A DNA stretch of 64,000 bases, from positions 1-64,000 of IMG/VR virus record IMGVR_UViG_3300031998_000057; one strand, given 5' to 3'. The notes under the pieces were generated by a model. It ran no database searches. It was not told the origin of the DNA and saw nothing but the letters and a program-made list of their open reading frames with translations. Source of the stretch: a virus. Lineage: Duplodnaviria; Caudoviricetes. How positions within the stretch are numbered: the stretch's first letter is position 1; every line of letters starts with the position of its first letter. The translations under genes and the position numbers were made by a program. Positions 17,088-25,736 of this stretch are shown piece by piece.

Positions 17088-17315
17088 ATGAACCGCTACA
17101 GTTACAAAGAACTTCGCGCTGCTGCCGTTTCCCCTACGGCCACGCCGGAGGATATAAATGCCTTTGGGGAATGGTTTGAACTCTACGGCCACGAAAACCC
17201 CGACTTCTGGAACGGCGAATATTGGGACGCCGACGACGGCATGAGGCTTTTCCCCGTCTATACTGAGCCGGACGAGTATGGCGATATGGAGATCGTCGGC
17301 TATGAATTTAGATAG
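17088..17315 (+). CDS. acidic hypothetical protein
   Basis: AAAGGAG RBS. Confidence 0.65.
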   Translation: MNRYSYKELRAAAVSPTATPEDINAFGEWFELYGHENPDFWNGEYWDADDGMRLFPVYTEPDEYGDMEIVGYEFR

Positions 17316-17327
17316 GAGGCGCGAAGA

Positions 17328-17666
17328 ATGACAATTTCGGAATTGAAGAGTGAACTTCGGATTGCCCCTGACGATTATTGGGAAGTTATGGAAGCGGAGC
17401 TTCCGCTGCCGGAAACGCTTGCACAATTCGCCGAGGCATGGAATAATCCCGCGCTGAACAGTGAAGGAACTTTTGCAGATAACCTTGCGGACGGCGCTGT
17501 GCAGGACGGAAAGCCCTTTTTCGGAGCCTACACATCGATCACGGTCGATTATGATGACTATGACAAGTATTTTTGCGACGGCTGTGCGCCTAATGAAATC
17601 AGAGACACATTTCCCAGGGCGTTAATTGCAATAGAGCCGCAGAAATCGGAGGAGGCCGCCGAATGA
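17328..17666 (+). CDS. acidic hypothetical protein
   Basis: GGAGG RBS. Confidence 0.65.
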   Translation: MTISELKSELRIAPDDYWEVMEAELPLPETLAQFAEAWNNPALNSEGTFADNLADGAVQDGKPFFGAYTSITVDYDDYDKYFCDGCAPNEIRDTFPRALIAIEPQKSEEAAE

Positions 17667-18070
17667 CACACGAGAACAGTGGTATTATCGACTTCAACGC
17701 CAAGCGCGGCGTCCGGTCGGAGGACTTCGCGGACATCGGCGACTACGCCGCCGCGAAAGCGGAGGAGAACGCTGCCTTTTGCGGCAAGGCGCTGAACAGC
17801 GAAAACCTTGATCGTCTGAACACGATCCGCGACTGCTGCGCGAAAATTGCCGAACTGGACGCGGACGTGCGTTTTATAAATTTCCCGCCGGACAGCAGGG
17901 AGCGCAACGGCATCATGCAGATCAACGTCCCCGGCCTGTATATGGCTTTCGACAAGCGCATTACGCGGCTTTTTTCCCGCATCTTCGCCGAGGCAGACGA
18001 TTTTGGCGTCGTGGAAACGGACGACGGCCTGAACTTCACCTTCGGCGTGAGGGACATTTGGGACGATTAA
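17663..18070 (+). CDS. hypothetical protein
   Basis: ATGA overlap, RBS. Confidence 0.65.
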   Translation: MTHENSGIIDFNAKRGVRSEDFADIGDYAAAKAEENAAFCGKALNSENLDRLNTIRDCCAKIAELDADVRFINFPPDSRERNGIMQINVPGLYMAFDKRITRLFSRIFAEADDFGVVETDDGLNFTFGVRDIWDD

Positions 18071-18085
18071 AAAAAGAACAGACCC

Positions 18086-18118
18086 GGTAGCCGTTTTCGG
18101 AAAAGCGGGTTTGGTGTA
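18086..18118 (+). promoter_or_regulatory. class I motif
   Basis: Copy 7, N16. Confidence 0.75.
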
Positions 18119-18186
18119 TACAGAGGCAAGCGCGAGGCAAACGCCCCGCGCTTTTCTTGTGCCTAAAATTGAAAGGAGAATACACA

Positions 18187-19419
18187 ATGTACTATCAGAT
18201 CAACCGCGAGACTCAAAAGCTGGAGCTTATCTTCGACAAGGCTGAATATCAGGCATTGCCCGACGCGGACAAGCGTGAGATCAAAAGCAATTTCCTTTTC
18301 GCCCGCAGCATCGGCGGCTGGGTGAGCCGCGCAAAGTGGCCGAACACGGGCCGAGCGGAGCGCGTGGCGCAGCGCCTGGGCGCTGAGAACAGGGGCAAGA
18401 CCGGCGAGGCCCTGACCTTTGCCGAGCAGCAGGAGCGCAAGGCGGAACGCGCCGAGGCCCGCGCCGAACGCATGGACGCGAGATCGGACAGGGCCGCTGC
18501 CGAGGGGACGCGCCTGCAAAAGCCCATCGAGGATATGCGCGGCGATATTGCGTTCTTCACGCAGCCGAACATCAACAGCAGCGCGGGCCGCGCCTTTACG
18601 AACAGGCGGAACAGGATGTTTGCCGCCTATGAGCGCGGCTGGGAGGAGTTCAAGAAATCGGAATACTATGCGGAACGCGCTGAGACTGCCCGCCGCACCG
18701 CCGCCGAAGCGAAAATGCCCACCGACAAGGGCTTTTGCGAGCGCCGCATTGCCGAGGCGGAAAAGTCCATTCGGGAACAGAAGAAGCAGATCGACACCTA
18801 CCGCAAGGCCATCGAGCAGACCGAAAAGGGTCTGGAATACGTCGGCGGCCCCGGCGAGTGGTACTGCCATTACACCCCCGACTACACCGACAAGCTCCGC
18901 GAGTGGCTTGAAAACGCCGAGGAGCGCATGGAACAGGCCATGAGCAAGGCCATTTACTACCGCGAGGCCCTTGAAGCCCTGGGCGGCATCCAGTACAGCC
19001 GCGAAAACGTCAAACCCGGCTACGTCGTCCTCGTCGGCTCCCACCTGGGCGAAGTCGATTCCTGCGGCCCGAAGAACATCACCTATAAGGTAACGACCTG
19101 CGGCACGACCTTTTACCTGAAGGCCAGCTACGGTGAAATCACCGAGATCGTCAGTGCCGAGGAGCGCAAGCCTGAACAGCACCCGTTCAAGGTGGGCGAG
19201 GTTTTCGAGCCGATCCTGTGGGACGGCGACCGCTTCACAAAAACCCCCGTGGAGATCGTCAAGGCCACGGAGAAAAGCGTCACGGTTCAGAACAGGAACA
19301 CCGGCGAGAAGTACGTCCGCAAGCCTCAGAAGTACGACGGAGGCCGCAGCGAAGCCGCCGAGTGGGTATTCTATATCGACTCCGACTCCTACCGTTCCCG
19401 CTGCGCCAAACCCGCCTGA
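18187..19419 (+). CDS. DUF3560-like protein
   Basis: ERKAERAEARAER coiled segment, ..AFFTQP..RNRM.. Confidence 0.65.
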   Translation: MYYQINRETQKLELIFDKAEYQALPDADKREIKSNFLFARSIGGWVSRAKWPNTGRAERVAQRLGAENRGKTGEALTFAEQQERKAERAEARAERMDARSDRAAAEGTRLQKPIEDMRGDIAFFTQPNINSSAGRAFTNRRNRMFAAYERGWEEFKKSEYYAERAETARRTAAEAKMPTDKGFCERRIAEAEKSIREQKKQIDTYRKAIEQTEKGLEYVGGPGEWYCHYTPDYTDKLREWLENAEERMEQAMSKAIYYREALEALGGIQYSRENVKPGYVVLVGSHLGEVDSCGPKNITYKVTTCGTTFYLKASYGEITEIVSAEERKPEQHPFKVGEVFEPILWDGDRFTKTPVEIVKATEKSVTVQNRNTGEKYVRKPQKYDGGRSEAAEWVFYIDSDSYRSRCAKPA

Positions 19420-19420
19420 C

Positions 19421-19445
19421 CCGTCCAAAAAAGAAAAATGATAAT
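19421..19445 (+). promoter_or_regulatory. class II motif variant CCGTCC-N13-GATAAT
   Basis: In tandem with class I copy 8. Confidence 0.5.
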
Positions 19446-19458
19446 AAATTGCTGGAGC

Positions 19459-19491
19459 GGTAGCCATATCCCGCTCCCGCGGTTTGGTAAC
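19459..19491 (+). promoter_or_regulatory. class I motif
   Basis: Copy 8, N16. Confidence 0.75.
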
Positions 19492-19531
19492 AGTGACCGC
19501 GCAAGCGGAACACATTGAAAGGAGTTACAGC

Positions 19532-19744
19532 ATGAACACGACGACAAAACTGACCTACATCGGCATGGATTCCTGGTCGCGCCCCGTCTACAAGGACGAA
19601 GCCGGGACCCTTTGGAAAGACACAGACCCCCGTCGAGACCGCGCTCCCGACCTTTGCTCCGCTATGTTCAACGCCTTCGACGGCGAGCCGAACAATCCTT
19701 TTCACGGCATCCCCGAATTTATCCCCGAACGGATCACATGGTAA
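19532..19744 (+). CDS. hypothetical protein
   Basis: AAAGGAG RBS; GMDSWSRPVY..FDGEP. Confidence 0.65.
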   Translation: MNTTTKLTYIGMDSWSRPVYKDEAGTLWKDTDPRRDRAPDLCSAMFNAFDGEPNNPFHGIPEFIPERITW

Positions 19745-19761
19745 ATTGAAAGGAGAACACA

Positions 19762-20133
19762 ATGAGCACCATCACTTTTACAGCGAAGCCCCTCACGAAG
19801 CCGGAGGGCATGACGATCAAGGCCGAGCTTGCCTGGGCCTATTTCGATTTCAATAACGGCGGTTGGCTGGCCGCGAAGATGGGCGACGATTCCATCGTCA
19901 TCACCGACGAATCCGCCGATTTTTTCAACGGGCAGACTTTCCCCGACGAGGACGCCTTTGCCGAGTGGTTGGAACAGGACGCCGCCATGCAGCTTGACGA
20001 TCATCCCTATGAGTTTTTGTCAGACAGCGGCGCGATCCTGCCCGCCCTGCTGACCGAGGCCGTCCAGCGTGAAATCCTGAACGCCATCAATCAAATCGAC
20101 GACACGAGAAAGGAGAACACCCCCGATGCTTAA
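19762..20133 (+). CDS. acidic hypothetical protein
   Basis: AAAGGAG RBS. Confidence 0.65.
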   Translation: MSTITFTAKPLTKPEGMTIKAELAWAYFDFNNGGWLAAKMGDDSIVITDESADFFNGQTFPDEDAFAEWLEQDAAMQLDDHPYEFLSDSGAILPALLTEAVQREILNAINQIDDTRKENTPDA

Positions 20134-20674
20134 CGACAACACGCTCCACGACGAAATCGCCTTTCAGGGCAAAGCCCTCACGGTGGACACCTGCTTCCTG
20201 GGCGAATACATGAACAATCCCTATGAGACCATGGCCCTGCTGCCCGGCGGCAAAGAGATCGAGTGCGTCCGCTCCGCCACGGAGGAGGACGCCCGCCGCG
20301 TCCACGCCATCATGCTCAAAAAGTACAGGGAACAGGCCGCGCCCCTCACGGGGAAGTATTTGAAGCTGAAGCTGGACCTGCTGGCCGCCTATGCCGAGAC
20401 GGAACACATCGAACAGACCGAGGACGGCGGCACCTGCAACTTTGATGCGCCGGTCCTGCACCTGAACCGCTGGGACGGGAACAAGATCAAACAGGCGGCA
20501 AAGGAGGCGGGCGGCAGCGCTTTCAAATGGACATGGGGCAGCCGCGTCATGGGCTGGGTATTCTCCCCGCGCAGCTCCGGCCAGGGCAACCGCCGCAGCC
20601 GCCGCGCCGAGGCCATCAGTGCCGCTCTCAAAGCCAAAGGCTACAACACCGGTATGTATTACGCTATGGACTGA
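20126..20674 (+). CDS. hypothetical protein
   Basis: DGGTCNFD..GQGNRR..AE. Confidence 0.65.
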   Translation: MLNDNTLHDEIAFQGKALTVDTCFLGEYMNNPYETMALLPGGKEIECVRSATEEDARRVHAIMLKKYREQAAPLTGKYLKLKLDLLAAYAETEHIEQTEDGGTCNFDAPVLHLNRWDGNKIKQAAKEAGGSAFKWTWGSRVMGWVFSPRSSGQGNRRSRRAEAISAALKAKGYNTGMYYAMD

Positions 20675-20695
20675 ACATAAAAAAGCCGAACGCTC

Positions 20696-20728
20696 GGTAG
20701 CCATTCCCCCTATCGGGCGTTTGGTATA
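20696..20728 (+). promoter_or_regulatory. class I motif
   Basis: Copy 9, N16. Confidence 0.75.
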
Positions 20729-20778
20729 ACTGAACGCGGCGGCGACTGCCGCACATACATTGAAAGGAGTAAAACATA

Positions 20779-21405
20779 ATGAACAGAACCATCAAACTGA
20801 GCGACAAGCTCACGGGCGCTCTCGAAGCCCACGACATCTACGTTACGTCCGCTGACGAATACAACGGCGGCATCGACGTAGAATTGGAATGGTACAGCCC
20901 CGCAGGAGAGGATTTTGTTTTCACCTTCCACTTTGACGGCTCCGCTTCCGATTTCGTTGACAACTTCCGCAGCTACGCGGAGGACTTCGACCCCGACGAA
21001 CACGCCGAAATGTGGGTTGAACACCGCGGCAAAAATGGCTGCCCGAACTCTATCCGTGACCTGATCGACGACGCGGACGCCATCAATGACTTTCTGAACA
21101 GCGTCGCCCACGATCTGATTGACGCATTGGAGCGTGGCGAGCTGTCCAACGCCTACCTGCTGACCGAGGAACAGATCAGGGACGATTGGGAAGCCGCGCT
21201 CGAAAGCGATATGGACTACAGCGAGATCGCCCAGGCTATCGAATGGGGCTTCACCCGCGAGGACATTATCACGCTCATGGAGCTGCACCGTGAGAACAAG
21301 CACCGCCGCAAGATCGAGGACCTTTTGACCGACTGCAACTATCACACGGAATGTAAAGCCTGGTCCGCGGGCGATTACACGTTCCGCGACGTATGGGAGG
21401 AGTGA
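20779..21405 (+). CDS. acidic hypothetical protein
   Basis: AAAGGAG RBS, 208 aa. Confidence 0.7.
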   Translation: MNRTIKLSDKLTGALEAHDIYVTSADEYNGGIDVELEWYSPAGEDFVFTFHFDGSASDFVDNFRSYAEDFDPDEHAEMWVEHRGKNGCPNSIRDLIDDADAINDFLNSVAHDLIDALERGELSNAYLLTEEQIRDDWEAALESDMDYSEIAQAIEWGFTREDIITLMELHRENKHRRKIEDLLTDCNYHTECKAWSAGDYTFRDVWEE

Positions 21406-21435
21406 CCGCTGGGGCGGCCTTTGGCCGCCCGTCCC

Positions 21436-21460
21436 CCGTCCGAAAAATCACTGCTATAAT
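21436..21460 (+). promoter_or_regulatory. class II motif CCGTCC-N13-TATAAT
   Basis: After hairpin GGGCGGCC-TTT-GGCCGCCC. Confidence 0.65.
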
Positions 21461-21493
21461 CAAAACACAAACACATGAAAGGAGCTATAACCA

Positions 21494-21883
21494 ATGCCAT
21501 TCACGCAAGATGAGCTTTTCATTCTTTCCGACGCGCTTCTTCTCACCATCAGCGAAAACAGCGAAGCCATGAAGCATATCACGAGCCAGGACGCAATCGA
21601 AGCGCTGAAAAAATACCTGACCGTCCTGCGCGACCTCAACAGCAAGGTTTGTTCTCTCAGCGAGTCTCAGCTTGCCGCCGACTTCCGTGCGCAGGAACAG
21701 CCCCGCAAAACGCCCCGCGTCGTCATTCACGTTGAGGACGGCATGGTGCAGAACGTTTACGCCGATGCCGACGTGGAAGTGGACGTCTGCGATTTGGACG
21801 ATGACACCCCGGATGGTTTTGACAGCAGCCGCACACGGCTCCACGCGGTTGTTACCTGTGGCGTGTACAAGCCCGTGTATTGA
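21494..21883 (+). CDS. hypothetical protein
   Basis: AAAGGAG RBS. Confidence 0.65.
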   Translation: MPFTQDELFILSDALLLTISENSEAMKHITSQDAIEALKKYLTVLRDLNSKVCSLSESQLAADFRAQEQPRKTPRVVIHVEDGMVQNVYADADVEVDVCDLDDDTPDGFDSSRTRLHAVVTCGVYKPVY

Positions 21884-21902
21884 GAAAGGATGAACAGACC
21901 GC

Positions 21903-22292
21903 ATGAACACCTATATGGAAGTCTATGAGCTTTTTAGCTCGGACGGTCTGCGTCCCTGCTGCGGTGAAACTCCGCTTTTTAAGGCGTTCGATTTTTCGAG
22001 CGGCACACTGTTTGCCGTAGAATGCCGCAAAAACGGCCACATCCACAACACGGGGCTTCACAAGACCCGCGAGGCCGCCGTCAAACTCTGGAACAGCGCG
22101 AAAGAAACGACCCACGGACTGCTTCTCCCGACGACGGCTCTTGTGACCGAGGACGATTACGGCGTTACCCGCTGTGGAGCCTGCGGCGGCGAAATTCTCT
22201 GCGGAGACACCGGCGATATGCCGAACTTTTGCCCCGCCTGCGGGAAAGAATTGGACTATGCACTTTACGAACAGGAGGAACAGCCCACATGA
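21903..22292 (+). CDS. Lar-like / Zn-ribbon protein
   Basis: LRPCCG..EAAVKLWN; CGACG..NFCPACG. Confidence 0.6.
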   Translation: MNTYMEVYELFSSDGLRPCCGETPLFKAFDFSSGTLFAVECRKNGHIHNTGLHKTREAAVKLWNSAKETTHGLLLPTTALVTEDDYGVTRCGACGGEILCGDTGDMPNFCPACGKELDYALYEQEEQPT

Positions 22293-22507
22293 TCGACACG
22301 AACACCACCTACGGCGTATCTTTTCGCTGCTATTTCCCCGATGATGGCGGCACGGCGACGCGCTACAACAGCCATTATCAGTGTCTCCCACTCGACGAGC
22401 TGCCGACATGGATCGAGGCGTACCGCTTCACGCATCCGAACTGCCTCTCCGTGACGGCAAAGGTCTGGTTCAGCGACTGCGCCGCAAAGCGCGGCGGCGA
22501 GGACTGA
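22289..22507 (+). CDS. hypothetical protein
   Basis: GGAGG RBS, ATGA overlap. Confidence 0.55.
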   Translation: MIDTNTTYGVSFRCYFPDDGGTATRYNSHYQCLPLDELPTWIEAYRFTHPNCLSVTAKVWFSDCAAKRGGED

Positions 22508-22532
22508 ACACGCACATAGAAAGGAGAACAGC

Positions 22533-22835
22533 ATGGAACAGAACAGGCTTTACACAAGCACGATGTACAAGGCCGTTTCCCCGAAAGATGACTGCGGCCT
22601 TGAAAGCCCCCGTGACACCCTCGGGGAGCTGGTGGACATGATCTCCCGCTTAGAGAGCCGCGCCCAGGAGCAGGGCTATCCCCCGCAGGAATGGCTGATC
22701 GTGCGCGTCCGCACGAACACGATCTTCGATGGGGGCCGCTTCCACTACCGCAGTACGATTGAGGAAGCCGTCGCTCTCTACGGCAAGGACGGCAAGCTGC
22801 GCTATTTGAACGGCGAGGAATGGAAAATTGGCTGA
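22533..22835 (+). CDS. hypothetical protein
   Basis: AAAGGAG RBS. Confidence 0.6.
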   Translation: MEQNRLYTSTMYKAVSPKDDCGLESPRDTLGELVDMISRLESRAQEQGYPPQEWLIVRVRTNTIFDGGRFHYRSTIEEAVALYGKDGKLRYLNGEEWKIG

Positions 22836-22854
22836 ACAAAACCGAAAATTCCCC

Positions 22855-22883
22855 TTGCAATATCACTTGATCCGTGGTATACT
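22855..22883 (+). promoter_or_regulatory. sigmaA-type promoter
   Basis: TTGCAA-17bp-TATACT with TG extension. Confidence 0.65.
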
Positions 22884-23062
22884 TTTCATAGTGAGTGTTG
22901 CAGCACTCGCTTACAAAGCAGTATCGCGGACACGGTACGGCATTATTATCGCCTTTTATGCCCCTGCAAGGGCATTTTAGGGCTATGCTTTGCATAGCAG
23001 CAACCGCCGCCTCATGTGTCCGCATGGGGCGGCGTGTCTTTTATGCAAGGGAGGCAAACAAG

Positions 23063-24031
23063 ATGCCATTTATCCGTGTACCGCAAGACAAAGACTTCTC
23101 AATCGTTCCGAACAGCATTTACCGCGACAATCGGCTAAATCTTAGGGACATTGGTTTGCTGACCTATCTCCTGCATCTCCCGAATGATTGGGATTTTTCA
23201 ATCAAAGGCTTGGAGAGCATCATCCCTAACGATGGGAGGGACGGCATAGCCGCCAGTTTGAAGAGGATTGAGAACGCCGGGTATCTTCGCCGTGAGCAGA
23301 TGCGAAACAAGGGCGGCACTCTGGGCGAGGTCATCTGGACGATTTCAAACGCTCCTTTACCGAAAACGGATTTTCCGTATACGGCTAATCCGAATACGGC
23401 TGAACCGAATACGGTTAATCCGACACAACATAGAACTAACGGAACAAATAACGAAATTAACCGAGAACAAAAGGACGGCGTATTGCGCTCCGACGAGCGG
23501 AGCGACGACGCGGCCCATGATTTGAGTCCCATTGTAGTTTCTGAGAGCAAGAAGCGCGGGAAGAAGCGGAACAACTCGTTCACGCCTATCGGGTATACGG
23601 AGCAGCTTTTCGGCAAGGACTTTGCCGCCGATGCGCTTTCCTTTGTGAATGACTATGTGGAGAAATACTACCCGCAGTACCGTAAAGAACCGCATCCCGT
23701 AGTAGACGATGAAGAAAAAGCCGAATGTGCTTTCAGGGTCCTTTGCTGTGCCGCAGAGCTTGGCGTGAGAACGGCTTTTGTTGAGCAGAGGCTATATCAG
23801 GCTGCCATGCGCGAAGCAACGTACAAGCCGCTCATAAGCAAGGTCACAAGCCCCCGTTCCCTTGGCTATTGGCTTATCAATGACGGTGATATGCAATCCG
23901 ACAAACTGAACAGCACCCGCTACAGCTTGGAGATTGGGCCACCGCCGATGGGCAAGCCTATCAACTCGATCACCGTGGCGGCATGGAAAGAAAACACACA
24001 GCCGCAAAGCACCCGATACAGACCACAATAA
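23063..24031 (+). CDS. winged-HTH replication-initiator-like protein
   Basis: FSIVPNSIYRD..LS/LN..GLLTYLL.LP.DW.F..L..DG..I..L..AGYL.R. Confidence 0.65.
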   Translation: MPFIRVPQDKDFSIVPNSIYRDNRLNLRDIGLLTYLLHLPNDWDFSIKGLESIIPNDGRDGIAASLKRIENAGYLRREQMRNKGGTLGEVIWTISNAPLPKTDFPYTANPNTAEPNTVNPTQHRTNGTNNEINREQKDGVLRSDERSDDAAHDLSPIVVSESKKRGKKRNNSFTPIGYTEQLFGKDFAADALSFVNDYVEKYYPQYRKEPHPVVDDEEKAECAFRVLCCAAELGVRTAFVEQRLYQAAMREATYKPLISKVTSPRSLGYWLINDGDMQSDKLNSTRYSLEIGPPPMGKPINSITVAAWKENTQPQSTRYRPQ

Positions 24032-24232
24032 GCAAAGCGCACAACTATCAGTAATTATTAGTCACTGACAGTTACCATCACCATCAGCACCAGCATCAGC
24101 ATACCCATCAGCAACCACACCCCCAAAAGCAACAGCAAACCCAGCGCCACCGCCAACCGAAAGAGGATAGGCAAGGGGATGCAAGGGGGAAGGAAAGGGG
24201 AAAGCAAGCGCCGACGCCTTTTTTCGGCGGTT

Positions 24233-24266
24233 GGTAGCCGTTTCCGCATCTTCCCCGTTTGGTATA
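24233..24266 (+). promoter_or_regulatory. class I motif (N17) overlapping a TG-TATAAT
   Basis: Copy 10, upstream of the recombinase. Confidence 0.7.
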
Positions 24267-24286
24267 ATCGAAAGGAGGCACACACT

Positions 24287-25351
24287 ATGAACACCATCGA
24301 CCGTTACGACGCTCTGCGCGACCGTTGGCTCCGCATGGCGAAGCGAAACAACCTCACCGGCACCACGCTCCGCGCTTATGAGTCCGTCACGGGCCTGCTG
24401 CGGGACTTCTTGCAATCCCGCATGGAACAGGGTATAATCAAGGAAGAACAGGAATACGTCAGCTTCGACGATATTCAAGCGTGGATCGACGCGATGACCG
24501 ATGCGGGGAACAAGGTCAGCAGCATCAAGCAGCGCCTTGTCACGGCGAACCAGTTTTTCACCTTCGCCACGAAGCCCTACGTCCCCGCAGAACTGCGTTA
24601 TGAGCTGTCCCCCGTATCTCCCGACTTCTATCCGAAAGTCCCCACAGAGAACATCCCGGAAGCCCTGACGGACGAGGAAATCACCGAGCTTTGGAAGTAT
24701 GAGCGGAAGTACAAGGCCACGGACGCAGGCTTCGCCCGTAACTATGCCATCGTCGCCCTCATCCTCACCACGGGTCTGCGGAACAAGGAAGTGCTCGATC
24801 TCAACCTGGACAGCATCGACCTTGCCAACGGCGAGGTTTGGGTACACAACGGCAAGGGCCGCAAGGACCGCGTCGTGGATATGGACTCCGGCGGTCTCTG
24901 CGCCGCCGCCCTGGAAAACTATCTCCTGCACGGAGACAGACCGCAGAACATCCCAAACTCCGCTCCCCTCTTCGGCACGACAGCGGAACACAGCTTTGGC
25001 AAGCCTCAGACCACCGAGGGCGCGGAGAAATGGCACAGAGGCACGGGCGCATGGCTGTCCGCCCTGATCGAACGCCACGTTTTCAATCAGACGGGACGGC
25101 ACGACTGCCGCAGCCATGACCTCCGGCACACCTACGCCCGCTTGATGCTGAACAGCACGGGCAACCTTGCCGAGCTGCAAAGCTCCCTTGGACATTCCGA
25201 TCCCAAGATTTCCGAGCGCTACTCTGGTAGACTGCTTCAGCGTCGGAGGAGGGAACAGACCCGCGCCGTCCTCGCCGCCCGCGACGAAGCCGCCGCCCGA
25301 CTCCGCGCCAGGAACAGGCAGGAACAGACCGTCATCGAACTTTACGCTTAA
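24287..25351 (+). CDS. tyrosine recombinase / integrase
   Basis: TGLR, GKGRKDR, HDLRH, LGH, Y catalytic set. Confidence 0.92.
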   Translation: MNTIDRYDALRDRWLRMAKRNNLTGTTLRAYESVTGLLRDFLQSRMEQGIIKEEQEYVSFDDIQAWIDAMTDAGNKVSSIKQRLVTANQFFTFATKPYVPAELRYELSPVSPDFYPKVPTENIPEALTDEEITELWKYERKYKATDAGFARNYAIVALILTTGLRNKEVLDLNLDSIDLANGEVWVHNGKGRKDRVVDMDSGGLCAAALENYLLHGDRPQNIPNSAPLFGTTAEHSFGKPQTTEGAEKWHRGTGAWLSALIERHVFNQTGRHDCRSHDLRHTYARLMLNSTGNLAELQSSLGHSDPKISERYSGRLLQRRRREQTRAVLAARDEAAARLRARNRQEQTVIELYA

Positions 25352-25366
25352 AGGAGGAGGAACACA

Positions 25367-25708
25367 ATGGCAAAAGAATTTAAGCAAATGTGGATAACCC
25401 AGCTCGGCTCCGTATTCCCCGCAATGGTTAAGCCGTGGAAGCAAAGCTGGCGCTCGCAGAACAGCGATCTGATATACCGTCCTGAGTGCGTCCACGCTTG
25501 GGACGATTTGACAGACGAGCAGAAAAAGAAAGCATTGGAGGCCGTCTACGCCATCAGATTGGACGCCGCGAATATGACCGAGGGCAAAGACCCCGGCCTC
25601 GCGGAACAGGTCAAAAATTGGAAGCGTCAGGCAGCGGAAAATTTCACCCTCGCCCGTGAACGCATCGACAACGGCGAACCCATAGACGAGCCGAACCCTT
25701 ACGATTGA
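25367..25708 (+). CDS. hypothetical protein
   Basis: GGAGGAGG RBS. Confidence 0.65.
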   Translation: MAKEFKQMWITQLGSVFPAMVKPWKQSWRSQNSDLIYRPECVHAWDDLTDEQKKKALEAVYAIRLDAANMTEGKDPGLAEQVKNWKRQAAENFTLARERIDNGEPIDEPNPYD

Positions 25709-25736
25709 AGCATTGACTTGAAAAGGAGGAACACAC

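Noticed and set aside
12168-24266. Repeated motif as a CRISPR array or integron attC sites
   Set aside because: Irregular kb-scale spacing with whole genes between copies, a variable 16-nt core, no cas genes and no RYYYAAC/GTTRRRY inverted pairing
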